This document shows, in pieces, positions 16,066-24,431 of a DNA stretch of 61,863 bases. Where the stretch lies: IMG/VR virus record IMGVR_UViG_3300037247_000311, positions 1-61,863 of that record; one strand, written 5' to 3'. The position numbers and the translations under genes are program-made. The notes under the pieces are model-generated. The model was not told the DNA's origin. It saw only the letters and a program-made list of their open reading frames with translations, and did not search any database. Position 1 is the first letter of the stretch. Every line of letters begins with the position of its first letter. The DNA comes from a virus (lineage: Duplodnaviria > Caudoviricetes).

Positions 16066-16733
16066 TTGACGAAGGCACACGAGCACTACACTCGGAATCG
16101 AGGTTCCTCCGGCAACACCAGATCATCCATCCTCAGATGGCAGGCATGGAGGTGATTATAGCAGGCGCAGGGATGATAGGAGGATGGACAGCGCATGCGT
16201 TGAGCCGGGCAGTGAGGAGAGTCCACCTCTTTGACCCAGGGGATGTGGAGTTGGTGAATACGGGGAATCAGCCATACTCACCACATCATGTAACTATGTC
16301 TAAGGTAGATGCATTTGACCTACCCAACATTACGCCCCATGTTGAGGCGTTTCCTCGTAGGCGGGCATGGCCTGTTATGGGACAGGAAGTCTTTATCTCT
16401 GCCGTAGACTCCATGTCTGGGCGTAGGGCCAATGCTGAGTGGAGCAAGCATGCGAAACTGCCACTCTTCCTTGATGGCCGCATACGTGGAGAGTTGGCCG
16501 TCCTAGCTGTTGTTACAGACCAGCGGTATGATGAGTACCTAGAGGCGCTCCCCTCCGATGATGATGTTGAAGACGTACCATGTGGTATGGAAGGAAGCGC
16601 GTATGTGGGGATGCACCTTGCCGCCCGCATTGCTGCTACCATCAATGCTTGGTGCAAAGGAACACAGATACCAAGTATGTATGTCTATCATGTGGGGCTT
16701 GACCAGTTAGTGACGAAGAAGTTTCAAGACTAA
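16062..16733 (+). CDS. E1-like ThiF/MoeB-family ubiquitin-like activating enzyme
   Basis: RFLRQ, GAGMIG nucleotide-binding loop, FDPGDVELVNTGNQ, SKVDA, SAVDS, FLDGR, and a candidate catalytic Cys174 (DVPCG). Confidence 0.92.
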   Translation: MIDEGTRALHSESRFLRQHQIIHPQMAGMEVIIAGAGMIGGWTAHALSRAVRRVHLFDPGDVELVNTGNQPYSPHHVTMSKVDAFDLPNITPHVEAFPRRRAWPVMGQEVFISAVDSMSGRRANAEWSKHAKLPLFLDGRIRGELAVLAVVTDQRYDEYLEALPSDDDVEDVPCGMEGSAYVGMHLAARIAATINAWCKGTQIPSMYVYHVGLDQLVTKKFQD

Positions 16734-16825
16734 GGTACTCCACCCTTCGGGGTGTGTATCAAAGCTGCGGAGGGTCGTGATCACGACCAAGAATCTCCCG
16801 AAGAAGATAGTACAGGAGGCAGAGA

Positions 16826-17077
16826 GTGAGTGGAGGAACGGTAACTGTCGGTACACCATCGAAGCAGGAGACCTATGGCATCAACGGTACTATGGAGACT
16901 GTTGGTGATGCACTTGGTAAGTTCTTCGATGGTGGACAAGACCCATTTAAGGACCAGTCCGTCAGTCTGAATAGTAGAGAGTTGACCACGGAAGATACAG
17001 ATCAGCCGCTCCGTAATAGTGACATTATCCTTGTCATGAGCAAGAGGCTCGCTAGTGGGGGCGTAAAGGGCGCATAG
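16826..17077 (+). CDS. ubiquitin-like (beta-grasp, ThiS/MoaD-like) protein
   Basis: 83 aa, AGGAGG SD; pattern TVGDAL...VSLNSREL...QPLRNSDIILVM fits a beta-grasp fold; C-terminus ASGG-VKGA. Confidence 0.85.
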   Translation: MSGGTVTVGTPSKQETYGINGTMETVGDALGKFFDGGQDPFKDQSVSLNSRELTTEDTDQPLRNSDIILVMSKRLASGGVKGA

Positions 17078-17164
17078 TTATTAGCCTTCCGCAGCAATTT
17101 AGGGGCGACCTACCTAGTGAGACATTGTTGGGGGTAGGCGGGGCCAGCAGGGGTATGACTGGCC

Positions 17165-17193
17165 TTGACAGACCGAATCACATCTGCTACCAT
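17165..17193 (+). promoter_or_regulatory. sigma70-type promoter
   Basis: TTGACA-N17-TACCAT with extended -10 TG. Confidence 0.7.
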
Positions 17194-17214
17194 GAAGCCA
17201 GGAGGAATCACACC

Positions 17215-17529
17215 ATGTCCGACTGGCCAACAGAATTGGAGTTAGCTATGACTCAAGCGGGAGTCTCAGGCCCGCCGCCTCCGGTTGATCCGCCATTGCC
17301 TCCGACAAGGCCAGGCGAGCAGCCGACGCATAAAGGCGACCATGTGTATGAGTTCAGGGGCGACTCAAAGACGCAGCCTTATACCCATGTATGGGGGTGT
17401 AGTGTAGTAGGGGTCAAGAGTGGGCGTGCGTGTGGGGAGAGACGGACGCTTCCTTGTACTAAGTTTACGGATCGGTATGCGCCTTGTGAGTGTTTTGGGA
17501 AGGAGGTAAGAGGAGAACAAGATGCCTAA
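17215..17529 (+). CDS. Pro-rich, Cys-containing hypothetical protein
   Basis: ATG at 17215 after AGGAGG and a promoter. Confidence 0.65.
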   Translation: MSDWPTELELAMTQAGVSGPPPPVDPPLPPTRPGEQPTHKGDHVYEFRGDSKTQPYTHVWGCSVVGVKSGRACGERRTLPCTKFTDRYAPCECFGKEVRGEQDA

Positions 17530-17710
17530 GTATAAGTACGAAGTGCAGGTGACGAGCACAGAACGGGGTACAGTAATCGTTGATGCCATTGACGAGGACG
17601 CGGCAGTAGATGCAGCACTTATATCCCCAGACGTGGTGTGGGAGGATGCTTTCTGGGACGATATTGAGGTTCGTGCTGTTAAGAAATTAGACGATGAAGG
17701 GGGCAGTTGA
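17522..17710 (+). CDS. small acidic protein (DpnD/PcfM-like pattern)
   Basis: KYEVQVT...TVIVDAxxEDAAVDAA pattern; GAGGAG SD. Confidence 0.55.
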   Translation: MPKYKYEVQVTSTERGTVIVDAIDEDAAVDAALISPDVVWEDAFWDDIEVRAVKKLDDEGGS

Positions 17711-17961
17711 TGGAGATCATTCGTGATACACAAGGGAGATTGTCTAGTGTCCATTTCGGGAGTGCTCACCGCAACCTGTGGATTGGCAGAACCGGATTAG
17801 GCTTTGGTGGCCCGGTTTGTGGATACAACGCTCATTGGTACGACCTTCGCCATCCATGGGGGCGCTACAGCATAGGAGAGTTTCGCTTTGTTTTCTTTTG
17901 GAAGCAAATCTGGCGCGGGCTGCGGGAGTTCATTGTCGCTCCAGAGCATGTAGATGACTGA
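17707..17961 (+). CDS. hypothetical protein
   Basis: Coupled ORF. Confidence 0.6.
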   Translation: MMEIIRDTQGRLSSVHFGSAHRNLWIGRTGLGFGGPVCGYNAHWYDLRHPWGRYSIGEFRFVFFWKQIWRGLREFIVAPEHVDD

Positions 17962-18361
17962 GGGCGAGCACTACAACGACCGTTACATCCGTTACCACTC
18001 AGATATATACATGCCTGAGCATATCGTTGTTGCTGCATTAGGGTTTCTCCCTCCAGGTAGAATGCAGCTCCCCATGAGCAACCATTACGAGGGGCTGCGT
18101 GATGCTCGGCGGCTACCTCCGAGCCTCTCCATGCCGGACGACTTTGACATAGTAGATGTTACTATCATTCGTGACACGCTGGCCCTCTTTCGCGTGTGCA
18201 TACGTTTCTCGTGGCCAGGAACGGACATGCTTGATTTGATTATGGTACTAGAGGGCGACCACGAGGTCGTGAGCGCGTATTGGAATGCGCGTGATGATCG
18301 GCATGGTACGCTTGATCCGACTATGTATGTAAAGAATCCAGAGGAGTTTGATGACAAGTAA
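17954..18361 (+). CDS. hypothetical protein, possibly RelE/DUF4258-like RNase fold
   Basis: His-led helix followed by a beta-meander (RVCIRF...DLIMVL...VVSAYWN). Confidence 0.4.
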   Translation: MTEGEHYNDRYIRYHSDIYMPEHIVVAALGFLPPGRMQLPMSNHYEGLRDARRLPPSLSMPDDFDIVDVTIIRDTLALFRVCIRFSWPGTDMLDLIMVLEGDHEVVSAYWNARDDRHGTLDPTMYVKNPEEFDDK

Positions 18362-18794
18362 GTTAGTATCGCAAGCATGTATGGTGTGTACGGGCAAGAA
18401 GGTGCTGAAAGGGCGGCTATTGTCGGGGCTCAATATAGGTACTATCGAGTGTAACGAATGTGGTGGCGTAGGTGTCGTACCAACAGAGGGCGCCCTGGCG
18501 TCGTGGCGGGAGGAGATGGAGGCGCTACTGCGTTATCCGAACGCATACAGTTCTCTCTCCGTACTGGGCGATGTCTTGCGCCGCCACCTCGCCGCCATGC
18601 CCCAGCCCGCGAACGCGGAGCTGCCGGAGACGGTGGGCGACGATCTCACCCGCATCGGCCACATATTGAGCATGGCCTACTGGCACATACCAGAGGATGA
18701 CGCCCACTACCGGGGCCTACTTGAGGAAGGTTGCAGGCTTGTGGACAGTATCCGCGCCGCCATCGCCCAGGCCAAGAAGGGGGCGGCGTTATGA
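18348..18794 (+). CDS. protein with DnaJ-type Zn-finger repeats
   Basis: CMVCTGKK...CNECGGVG. Confidence 0.6.
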   Translation: MMTSKLVSQACMVCTGKKVLKGRLLSGLNIGTIECNECGGVGVVPTEGALASWREEMEALLRYPNAYSSLSVLGDVLRRHLAAMPQPANAELPETVGDDLTRIGHILSMAYWHIPEDDAHYRGLLEEGCRLVDSIRAAIAQAKKGAAL

Positions 18795-19216
18795 CTGAAC
18801 TAACGATCCGCATTATGGAGGGGCGGTATTACATAACGCATCCCAACGATGTGCAGGCAAGCTGCCGTATCGTGCTGAAGGTTGGTGACGTAAAGGCGCA
18901 GATCACCCACGTTTTGCTGCCTATCGAAAAAGGTGAGCATCTGCTTGGCCATGATGGCGATGATCCGGAGGAGTTGCTGCATGAAATCGTCAAGGCGGGT
19001 GAAGGTCTCTGGCTCTACTCCCCTGAGTATGACACGGCCAAAGCAATGCTCAAGCGCATCCGCGACAATGGCCAACTGGCACGGGACATCTGCCGCTCAT
19101 GGCTTACGGGAAGAGAGACGGGGCTAAGGAAGCGGCGAACCTCCATAGAAGAAGAGTTAGCCAAGATTGCGCGGTCGCTCGCCTGGCTCACCGAAGAGGA
19201 CCAGGAGCATGCTTAG
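18791..19216 (+). CDS. hypothetical protein
   Basis: ATG at 18791 overlapping the upstream stop (ATGA). Confidence 0.65.
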   Translation: MTELTIRIMEGRYYITHPNDVQASCRIVLKVGDVKAQITHVLLPIEKGEHLLGHDGDDPEELLHEIVKAGEGLWLYSPEYDTAKAMLKRIRDNGQLARDICRSWLTGRETGLRKRRTSIEEELAKIARSLAWLTEEDQEHA

Positions 19217-19394
19217 TACCTACCCCTACTCCCGTTGTGACGACTGTAATACGCTTACGCATATCCACGAACTAGCCCGTATTGAGGGGCCATACAGAGA
19301 GTTCGGTGAACAGGGGACGATCTACTTGTGTTGGAAATGCTACATGGATAGACAAGATGAAGATATAGCAGCGGAGGTCATCGGTGATGAGTAA
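19209..19394 (+). CDS. small Zn-finger protein
   Basis: AGGAG SD; CDDC...CWKC. Confidence 0.6.
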   Translation: MLSTYPYSRCDDCNTLTHIHELARIEGPYREFGEQGTIYLCWKCYMDRQDEDIAAEVIGDE

Positions 19395-19472
19395 CAACAC
19401 CGTAATCCGATTAACGGAGCAGTTGTGTGACTGTGGTTGGTGTGAGGGCGAAGAGGGCCCGGAAGCGCCAGA

Positions 19473-19676
19473 ATGACAACGGATTGCTCTAGGTTTTCAG
19501 ATCAGGGAGAGTGCTGCGACTACTGTCACAGGGAGGGGCGCATATATAAGTCTGCTAGAGTATCTCCCGATATTGTGCGTATCTGTTATTGTCTTGCAGC
19601 AGATATGGGTCAGGGGTTTGTGCTTCACTACGAGAGAAAGTTTAGGAGGAAGCGTGAGTTGTCTGGCCCCGCCTGA
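19473..19676 (+). CDS. small Cys-rich protein
   Basis: CCDYCH...CYC. Confidence 0.5.
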   Translation: MTTDCSRFSDQGECCDYCHREGRIYKSARVSPDIVRICYCLAADMGQGFVLHYERKFRRKRELSGPA

Positions 19677-20220
19677 TCTCCTTAACTGTACGCAATGTCC
19701 TCTCCATGCAACACGGAAGGCCGTTGTACCAGGACACGGAGACATACATGCTCGTATCATGCTAGTAGCAGAAGCGCCAGGAAAAGTAGAAGAGGAACAC
19801 CGCGAACCGCAACCGCTTGTTGGGCCAGCAGGTAGACGGCTTAATATGATCCTGGCAAAGGTACCACTGGATAGGGCAGAACTCTGGCTCTCAAACGTAG
19901 CGAAATGTAGGCCCCCTTCCAATGATCTCCGTCCGTATCCTAACACTGTGATCCTCTGCCCACAGCTATGGTTAGACGGTGAGATACAGATAGTGCAGCC
20001 CGCAGTTATTTTAGCCCTAGGAGCTACAGCAGGGGCACGTTGGTTCCCCGGCTATCAAGCAAGTGAGATGGCCGATATGCAACGTGTGCTCCCAGACGGT
20101 AGGGTTGTATGTGGGGCCTTCCACCCTTCATATGGATTGAGAAGAGGGGGTGATTGGAATAGTATTGATGAGAGTATCCGTAAGTCGTTACTGAGAGCTA
20201 AGGAGTTAGCAAATGCTTGA
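19654..20220 (+). CDS. uracil-DNA glycosylase, family 4 (Fe-S)
   Basis: CTQCPL, VAEAPG, LVGPAG, NVAKCRPPSN, C, ALGATA and HPSY motifs; GTG at 19654 follows AGGAGG. Confidence 0.92.
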   Translation: MSCLAPPDLLNCTQCPLHATRKAVVPGHGDIHARIMLVAEAPGKVEEEHREPQPLVGPAGRRLNMILAKVPLDRAELWLSNVAKCRPPSNDLRPYPNTVILCPQLWLDGEIQIVQPAVILALGATAGARWFPGYQASEMADMQRVLPDGRVVCGAFHPSYGLRRGGDWNSIDESIRKSLLRAKELANA

Positions 20221-20413
20221 ACTAATAGTTGTACCCGGCCAGTATGAGGGCTACTATTATGACGATCTTGTTGCGTCACTGGCGGATAAGAAGGAGCGCC
20301 TAAGGTTTGAGGACTGGATGTGGGGCCAAACGTGTGCGATCCATAACAGTAAGTCTCTTGTGTATCGTTGGGATTGGGAGAGATACCTAGCAGGTTTACC
20401 TGTTATAGATTAG
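20213..20413 (+). CDS. hypothetical protein
   Basis: AAGGAG SD; coupled to UDG. Confidence 0.65.
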   Translation: MLELIVVPGQYEGYYYDDLVASLADKKERLRFEDWMWGQTCAIHNSKSLVYRWDWERYLAGLPVID

Positions 20414-20549
20414 GAGTAGGAGATAGTTGGCTATGGATAGGAAACGCCTATACCCCTATGTAAGGAATGCGAGCGGCAACGATGAGCGGTCCTAGCGCGA
20501 CGGCTCGTGGCTGGCTAGGGGGAAGACTACTTGGCAGAAGGGCAGGCGC

Positions 20550-22928
20550 GTGACCCAGTATATAGACCTTCAATCTCTAGGCCCAACAGACACGCTTGCT
20601 GTTCTACGTGTACGGTTGCTTGGCCTATCGGGCACGCTGCTCCCAAGAAACGAACGAGGCAATGCACTGTATGCACTAAGGCGGGGCGACTCTATTACAT
20701 GTATGCCGTCTACTTACTTGTACTGGCGTCGCCTTTCGTCAGATATTCCGATTGTTAATGCGGAGGACACATCTGTGGAGGATGATCCGCGTAAGCGTAT
20801 CGACTCGTGGTTACAGTGGTGGTTGGCGGGACTGGGTATGTCACAGGGGGGCGCAGTGGCGCTCATGCGGAACCCCCCAAAGACTGACAAGCATCAGCAT
20901 TGGGACCGATGGCAGCTAGCTCTTGTGTTGGCGGAGCAGTATGAGCATGTGTGCCAAGGGCCACTGCCTACGGGTCTAGAGACTGTTGGTACTACAGTAA
21001 AGGTAGAACGGCCTTATCGTTGGACACTTGTACACAATGATGAGGACTACGTACGTGTTGCCTATTTGATAGACCATGAGGCTGTTGTTGGGCTAGATGT
21101 GGAGACAGATATTGCAGGCGCCGCGCCAAATGAGACAAGAGACGCACTAATTGGCGTCGGGCTTGCATTTAGTGATGAGTGCTTCTATGGTGATGCTAAG
21201 GACTGGTATGGGGGGAACCGATGGTTGGAGTTATTGCGCACGAAGCTATTTAGGATACCGCATGTGGCCTGGAATGCCAAATATGATGATGTTGTACTTC
21301 GACAACATGGCATTACCCCTGGTCCACTCCACGGTGATGGTATGCTAGCAGCCTACCTTGTAGGTGAGCACCGTGCGGCACTCAAGCCTTACGTTCTTCG
21401 TACATACGGGGTACGTATGATTGAGTATGACGACGTAATGGGCAGTAATAAGTCGCTACGTGATGTCCCAACAGAAACCGTTGCTGAGTATTGTAGCGGC
21501 GATGCGTTTTGGGCACTGAAGGCTGAAGCAGACCTACGACCGAGACTCAACCCTAAGGCTCTTGCGCTGTACGAGCAGACTGACCTCCCGATGGTGAATA
21601 CTATTGTGGATATGGAACTGGCGGGTATCGTACTGGATAGAAACAGTACGAGTGATGCTCTAACGGATACTAAGACAGAGCTAACACGCCTTAAAACGGC
21701 AATCACGCTACTCGTCGGGGCATCAGGCTTCAATCTTTCATCTACTCGTAAGGTATGTGGGGGCTGTCGTAATGGGAAGAACAAGAAACTTACCTGTACG
21801 GACTGTGATGGCAAGGGGGAGTTCTTCTATGAGAATCCTATTAACCCCGGCCCCTCACACCAACTAGTCCAGTGGTTACATGGACACCTGAAGATACCTA
21901 TCCAGGCTATATCTCAGAAGACACAGCAGCCGTCTGTCTCCTCCTTAGCGCTCCTCCGTATGCAACATAAACATGCGGCCATTCCTATAATCCTACGTTG
22001 GCGTACGCTAGAGAGATACCGGCAGTTCCTTGAGGACTGGTTGGCTGAGGCAGATGAGCAGGGCCGTATACATACGAGCTTCACGTTGGCTCATACCCAT
22101 AGTGGGAGGCTGTCATCTCGTAATCCGAACCTCCAACAGCTGGCTCTTGCATGGCGTAAGCACTTTGTAGCTAGTGATGGGAGGGTGCTTGTTGCGGCAG
22201 ACTACCATGCCTTGGAGATACGCGTGGCAGCATTTGTATCAAGAGACGAGGGCTTGATGTCCATCGTCAACTCTGATCCTGAGACGCCTGCTGGTGACAT
22301 CCATGCACAGAATGTGTATAAGCTCTTTGGGATTCCGTACGAAGATCAGCAAGATCATAAGGCTCTCCGTACTCGTGCCAAAAACTATATGTTTGGTGCG
22401 CTCTACTGGTCAAAGGGTTATGAAGTTGTTGAGGTGCTAGAGAAGCTCATCCTTGCTGACCCGTCTCTTGGTGTGCCTCCTACGTTGAAGGAGATCATGC
22501 GAGGGATACAAGATATACGTGCAACGTATCCACACTACTTCCTTGAGTGGGGGTCGTATATGATTGAACATGCGAGAGAGCAAGGGAATACCTCATATAC
22601 AGCCTTCGGACGCCCGCGTGTGCTACCTGATCTCGTATCACCCGTGAAGAGCCTCCGAGAGGCAGCCGAGCGTGCAACGTTGAACCATATCGTACAGGGT
22701 TCAGCCGCCGACCTCGCACGTATGGCCTGTAATGGGGTCACGAGGCTCGAAGGCGGTACGCTACTGCTCCAGGTGCATGATGAACTCCTATCAGAAGTCC
22801 TAGAATCAGAGGTTGACAGCTACGTCCCGAAGATGGTAGAATGTATGGAACTAGGACAGCCGCTAGAGGGGGTTCCACTGGTGGTGAAGCCACTCGTAGG
22901 GCGGACTTGGGAGGAGACACATGGCTAG
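20550..22928 (+). CDS. polA: family A DNA polymerase with 3'-5' exonuclease domain
   Basis: Exonuclease motifs GLDVET, WNAKYD, YCSGD; polymerase motifs SGRLSSRNPNLQQL, A (ADYHALEIR), B (RTRAKNYMFGALY), NHIVQGSAAD, C (QVHDEL). Confidence 0.96.
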   Translation: MTQYIDLQSLGPTDTLAVLRVRLLGLSGTLLPRNERGNALYALRRGDSITCMPSTYLYWRRLSSDIPIVNAEDTSVEDDPRKRIDSWLQWWLAGLGMSQGGAVALMRNPPKTDKHQHWDRWQLALVLAEQYEHVCQGPLPTGLETVGTTVKVERPYRWTLVHNDEDYVRVAYLIDHEAVVGLDVETDIAGAAPNETRDALIGVGLAFSDECFYGDAKDWYGGNRWLELLRTKLFRIPHVAWNAKYDDVVLRQHGITPGPLHGDGMLAAYLVGEHRAALKPYVLRTYGVRMIEYDDVMGSNKSLRDVPTETVAEYCSGDAFWALKAEADLRPRLNPKALALYEQTDLPMVNTIVDMELAGIVLDRNSTSDALTDTKTELTRLKTAITLLVGASGFNLSSTRKVCGGCRNGKNKKLTCTDCDGKGEFFYENPINPGPSHQLVQWLHGHLKIPIQAISQKTQQPSVSSLALLRMQHKHAAIPIILRWRTLERYRQFLEDWLAEADEQGRIHTSFTLAHTHSGRLSSRNPNLQQLALAWRKHFVASDGRVLVAADYHALEIRVAAFVSRDEGLMSIVNSDPETPAGDIHAQNVYKLFGIPYEDQQDHKALRTRAKNYMFGALYWSKGYEVVEVLEKLILADPSLGVPPTLKEIMRGIQDIRATYPHYFLEWGSYMIEHAREQGNTSYTAFGRPRVLPDLVSPVKSLREAAERATLNHIVQGSAADLARMACNGVTRLEGGTLLLQVHDELLSEVLESEVDSYVPKMVECMELGQPLEGVPLVVKPLVGRTWEETHG

Positions 22929-23183
22929 TGCGATAGAGCGTTTCAAGTGCTACTACTGCTGGACACTACGCTTGACTGAAGTAATGGCCCGCAGCTGTTG
23001 CGCCAGTATCCCTAGCAAGTATCTATGTGCGGAGTGCTCCAGACTGTTTGTCAATCAGGATGAGGCAGACGCATGCTGTACCTAATCCTGATTGACCTCA
23101 CACTGCTTAGCCTAGCGGCCTGGTTACGTGTAGGGAAGGAGTTGCTCAGTTGGCAATAGTCACTATGTACACTATGACCTGGG

Positions 23184-23585
23184 TTGAACTGGAGCGTATT
23201 GAGGGCGGTTGTTGTAGGTGGGGCATATGGTTCGTTGGCCGTTTTGAGCATCAGCAGCATGGGGAACACCTTATACTTAGACAAGGGGCACGCTATTGGT
23301 GCTCTGGTATGGAAGAGTGGAGAGTTCTGTAGTATGACTGCAATGGATTTCCTCAAGTGGATGCGGGATGTGATGTTCTGTTGTCCACATACACGGGAAG
23401 GACCACTTGTGGGGAAGCCGTCTAACTCCGAACTACGGCGTTGGCTACGTAACGGTTCGATCTTGATAAACGACAATAATCCCCAACCAGGAGATGATGT
23501 CACTTGGCCTATTACACAGCTTGTATTCTTCCCAGGAACGGACTTGCAGGTTACGGTTATTGATAATGCCTTGTTACGATTTTGA
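23184..23585 (+). CDS. hypothetical protein
   Basis: Plus-strand ORF filling the operon; start uncertain. Confidence 0.5.
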   Translation: MNWSVLRAVVVGGAYGSLAVLSISSMGNTLYLDKGHAIGALVWKSGEFCSMTAMDFLKWMRDVMFCCPHTREGPLVGKPSNSELRRWLRNGSILINDNNPQPGDDVTWPITQLVFFPGTDLQVTVIDNALLRF

Positions 23586-24045
23586 ATGTCCCGACGGTCA
23601 CGTGTATGAGGCCATTGCTGGGTACGACGATGCCGAGTTGCCCTGTACTTGGGGGGTACTTTCGCTTGGCTCATCACAGTATCATAGGTGCGGGCTACCT
23701 GCAAAGCGTCGTGCTGTCTATCGTGACCAGGGAGTAATCTTCAAAGGGGACGGCTTTACCAAATCAGTAATTGTACCTTCGCCTCCTAACCCACGTTCCA
23801 CACAGGGACTCACACCCGATGAAGCGGTAGAGGTCTGGGATGATACAGCGAAGGAGATATATAAGTACGATCAGAACGACCGACCTTATCTCTATGAAGA
23901 GGAGCAGAAGTTTGTAGCTAAGGAGGGGCTATCCATTGAGCAGGCAGCCGAAGCGGGGGCCAAAGGTAAGGCGCTCCCCAAGAAAGTTAAAGAGACCGCC
24001 AAGACGGCCCGCCGAAAGTACCGAGAGCATCGAGGAGGAACATAG
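23566..24045 (+). CDS. FmdB-like zinc-ribbon protein
   Basis: MPCYDFECPDGH...C...VIFKGDGF matches the FmdB regulatory Zn-ribbon pattern. Confidence 0.75.
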   Translation: MPCYDFECPDGHVYEAIAGYDDAELPCTWGVLSLGSSQYHRCGLPAKRRAVYRDQGVIFKGDGFTKSVIVPSPPNPRSTQGLTPDEAVEVWDDTAKEIYKYDQNDRPYLYEEEQKFVAKEGLSIEQAAEAGAKGKALPKKVKETAKTARRKYREHRGGT

Positions 24046-24193
24046 GGTTTATGTACCAAGACCAACACATGACGAGGAGTGCGACTGCAAGGCGTGTGTT
24101 ACGTCTCTAGCCTTTTGGGAGCATCTAAAGCCCCTGCACGGGGATACGTGCGAGTGTGGTAGGTGTGTGATGGGAAGGCTGCCACATGACTAA
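23936..24193 (+). CDS. small protein with two H-x3-C-x-C-x2-C motifs (start uncertain)
   Basis: HDEECDCKAC and HGDTCECGRC. Confidence 0.5.
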   Translation: MSRQPKRGPKVRRSPRKLKRPPRRPAESTESIEEEHRVYVPRPTHDEECDCKACVTSLAFWEHLKPLHGDTCECGRCVMGRLPHD

Positions 24194-24431
24194 ACCTGCA
24201 CGATGGAGCCTAAGGATGGCGGGGGGTATAACTCTTGTTGAGTGGTACGATGGCGCTCTACTGCCTGAAGTTAGGTTCCCTCCGGACATGTGGAAGCGGG
24301 GCTTTATAATAATTGGCAATAATCCATGCAGGGTGAATAAGTGGGTTAGGCTGTACCGCAATGGGCGTCTTCAGTGGAAGGTAAAGATCGGGGAGTCTCT
24401 AAGAAAGGGGCAGGATATTGAGTCACCCTAA
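24186..24431 (+). CDS. hypothetical protein
   Basis: Coupled ORF. Confidence 0.55.
   Translation: MTKPARWSLRMAGGITLVEWYDGALLPEVRFPPDMWKRGFIIIGNNPCRVNKWVRLYRNGRLQWKVKIGESLRKGQDIESP

Noticed and set aside
16062-17077. ThiF/ThiS or MoeB/MoaD sulfur-relay auxiliary metabolic genes
   Set aside because: No thiazole synthase, MoaE, rhodanese, cysteine synthase or desulfurase is nearby, while an E2-like gene and a JAB gene are translationally coupled; conjugation is the better reading, though not proven.
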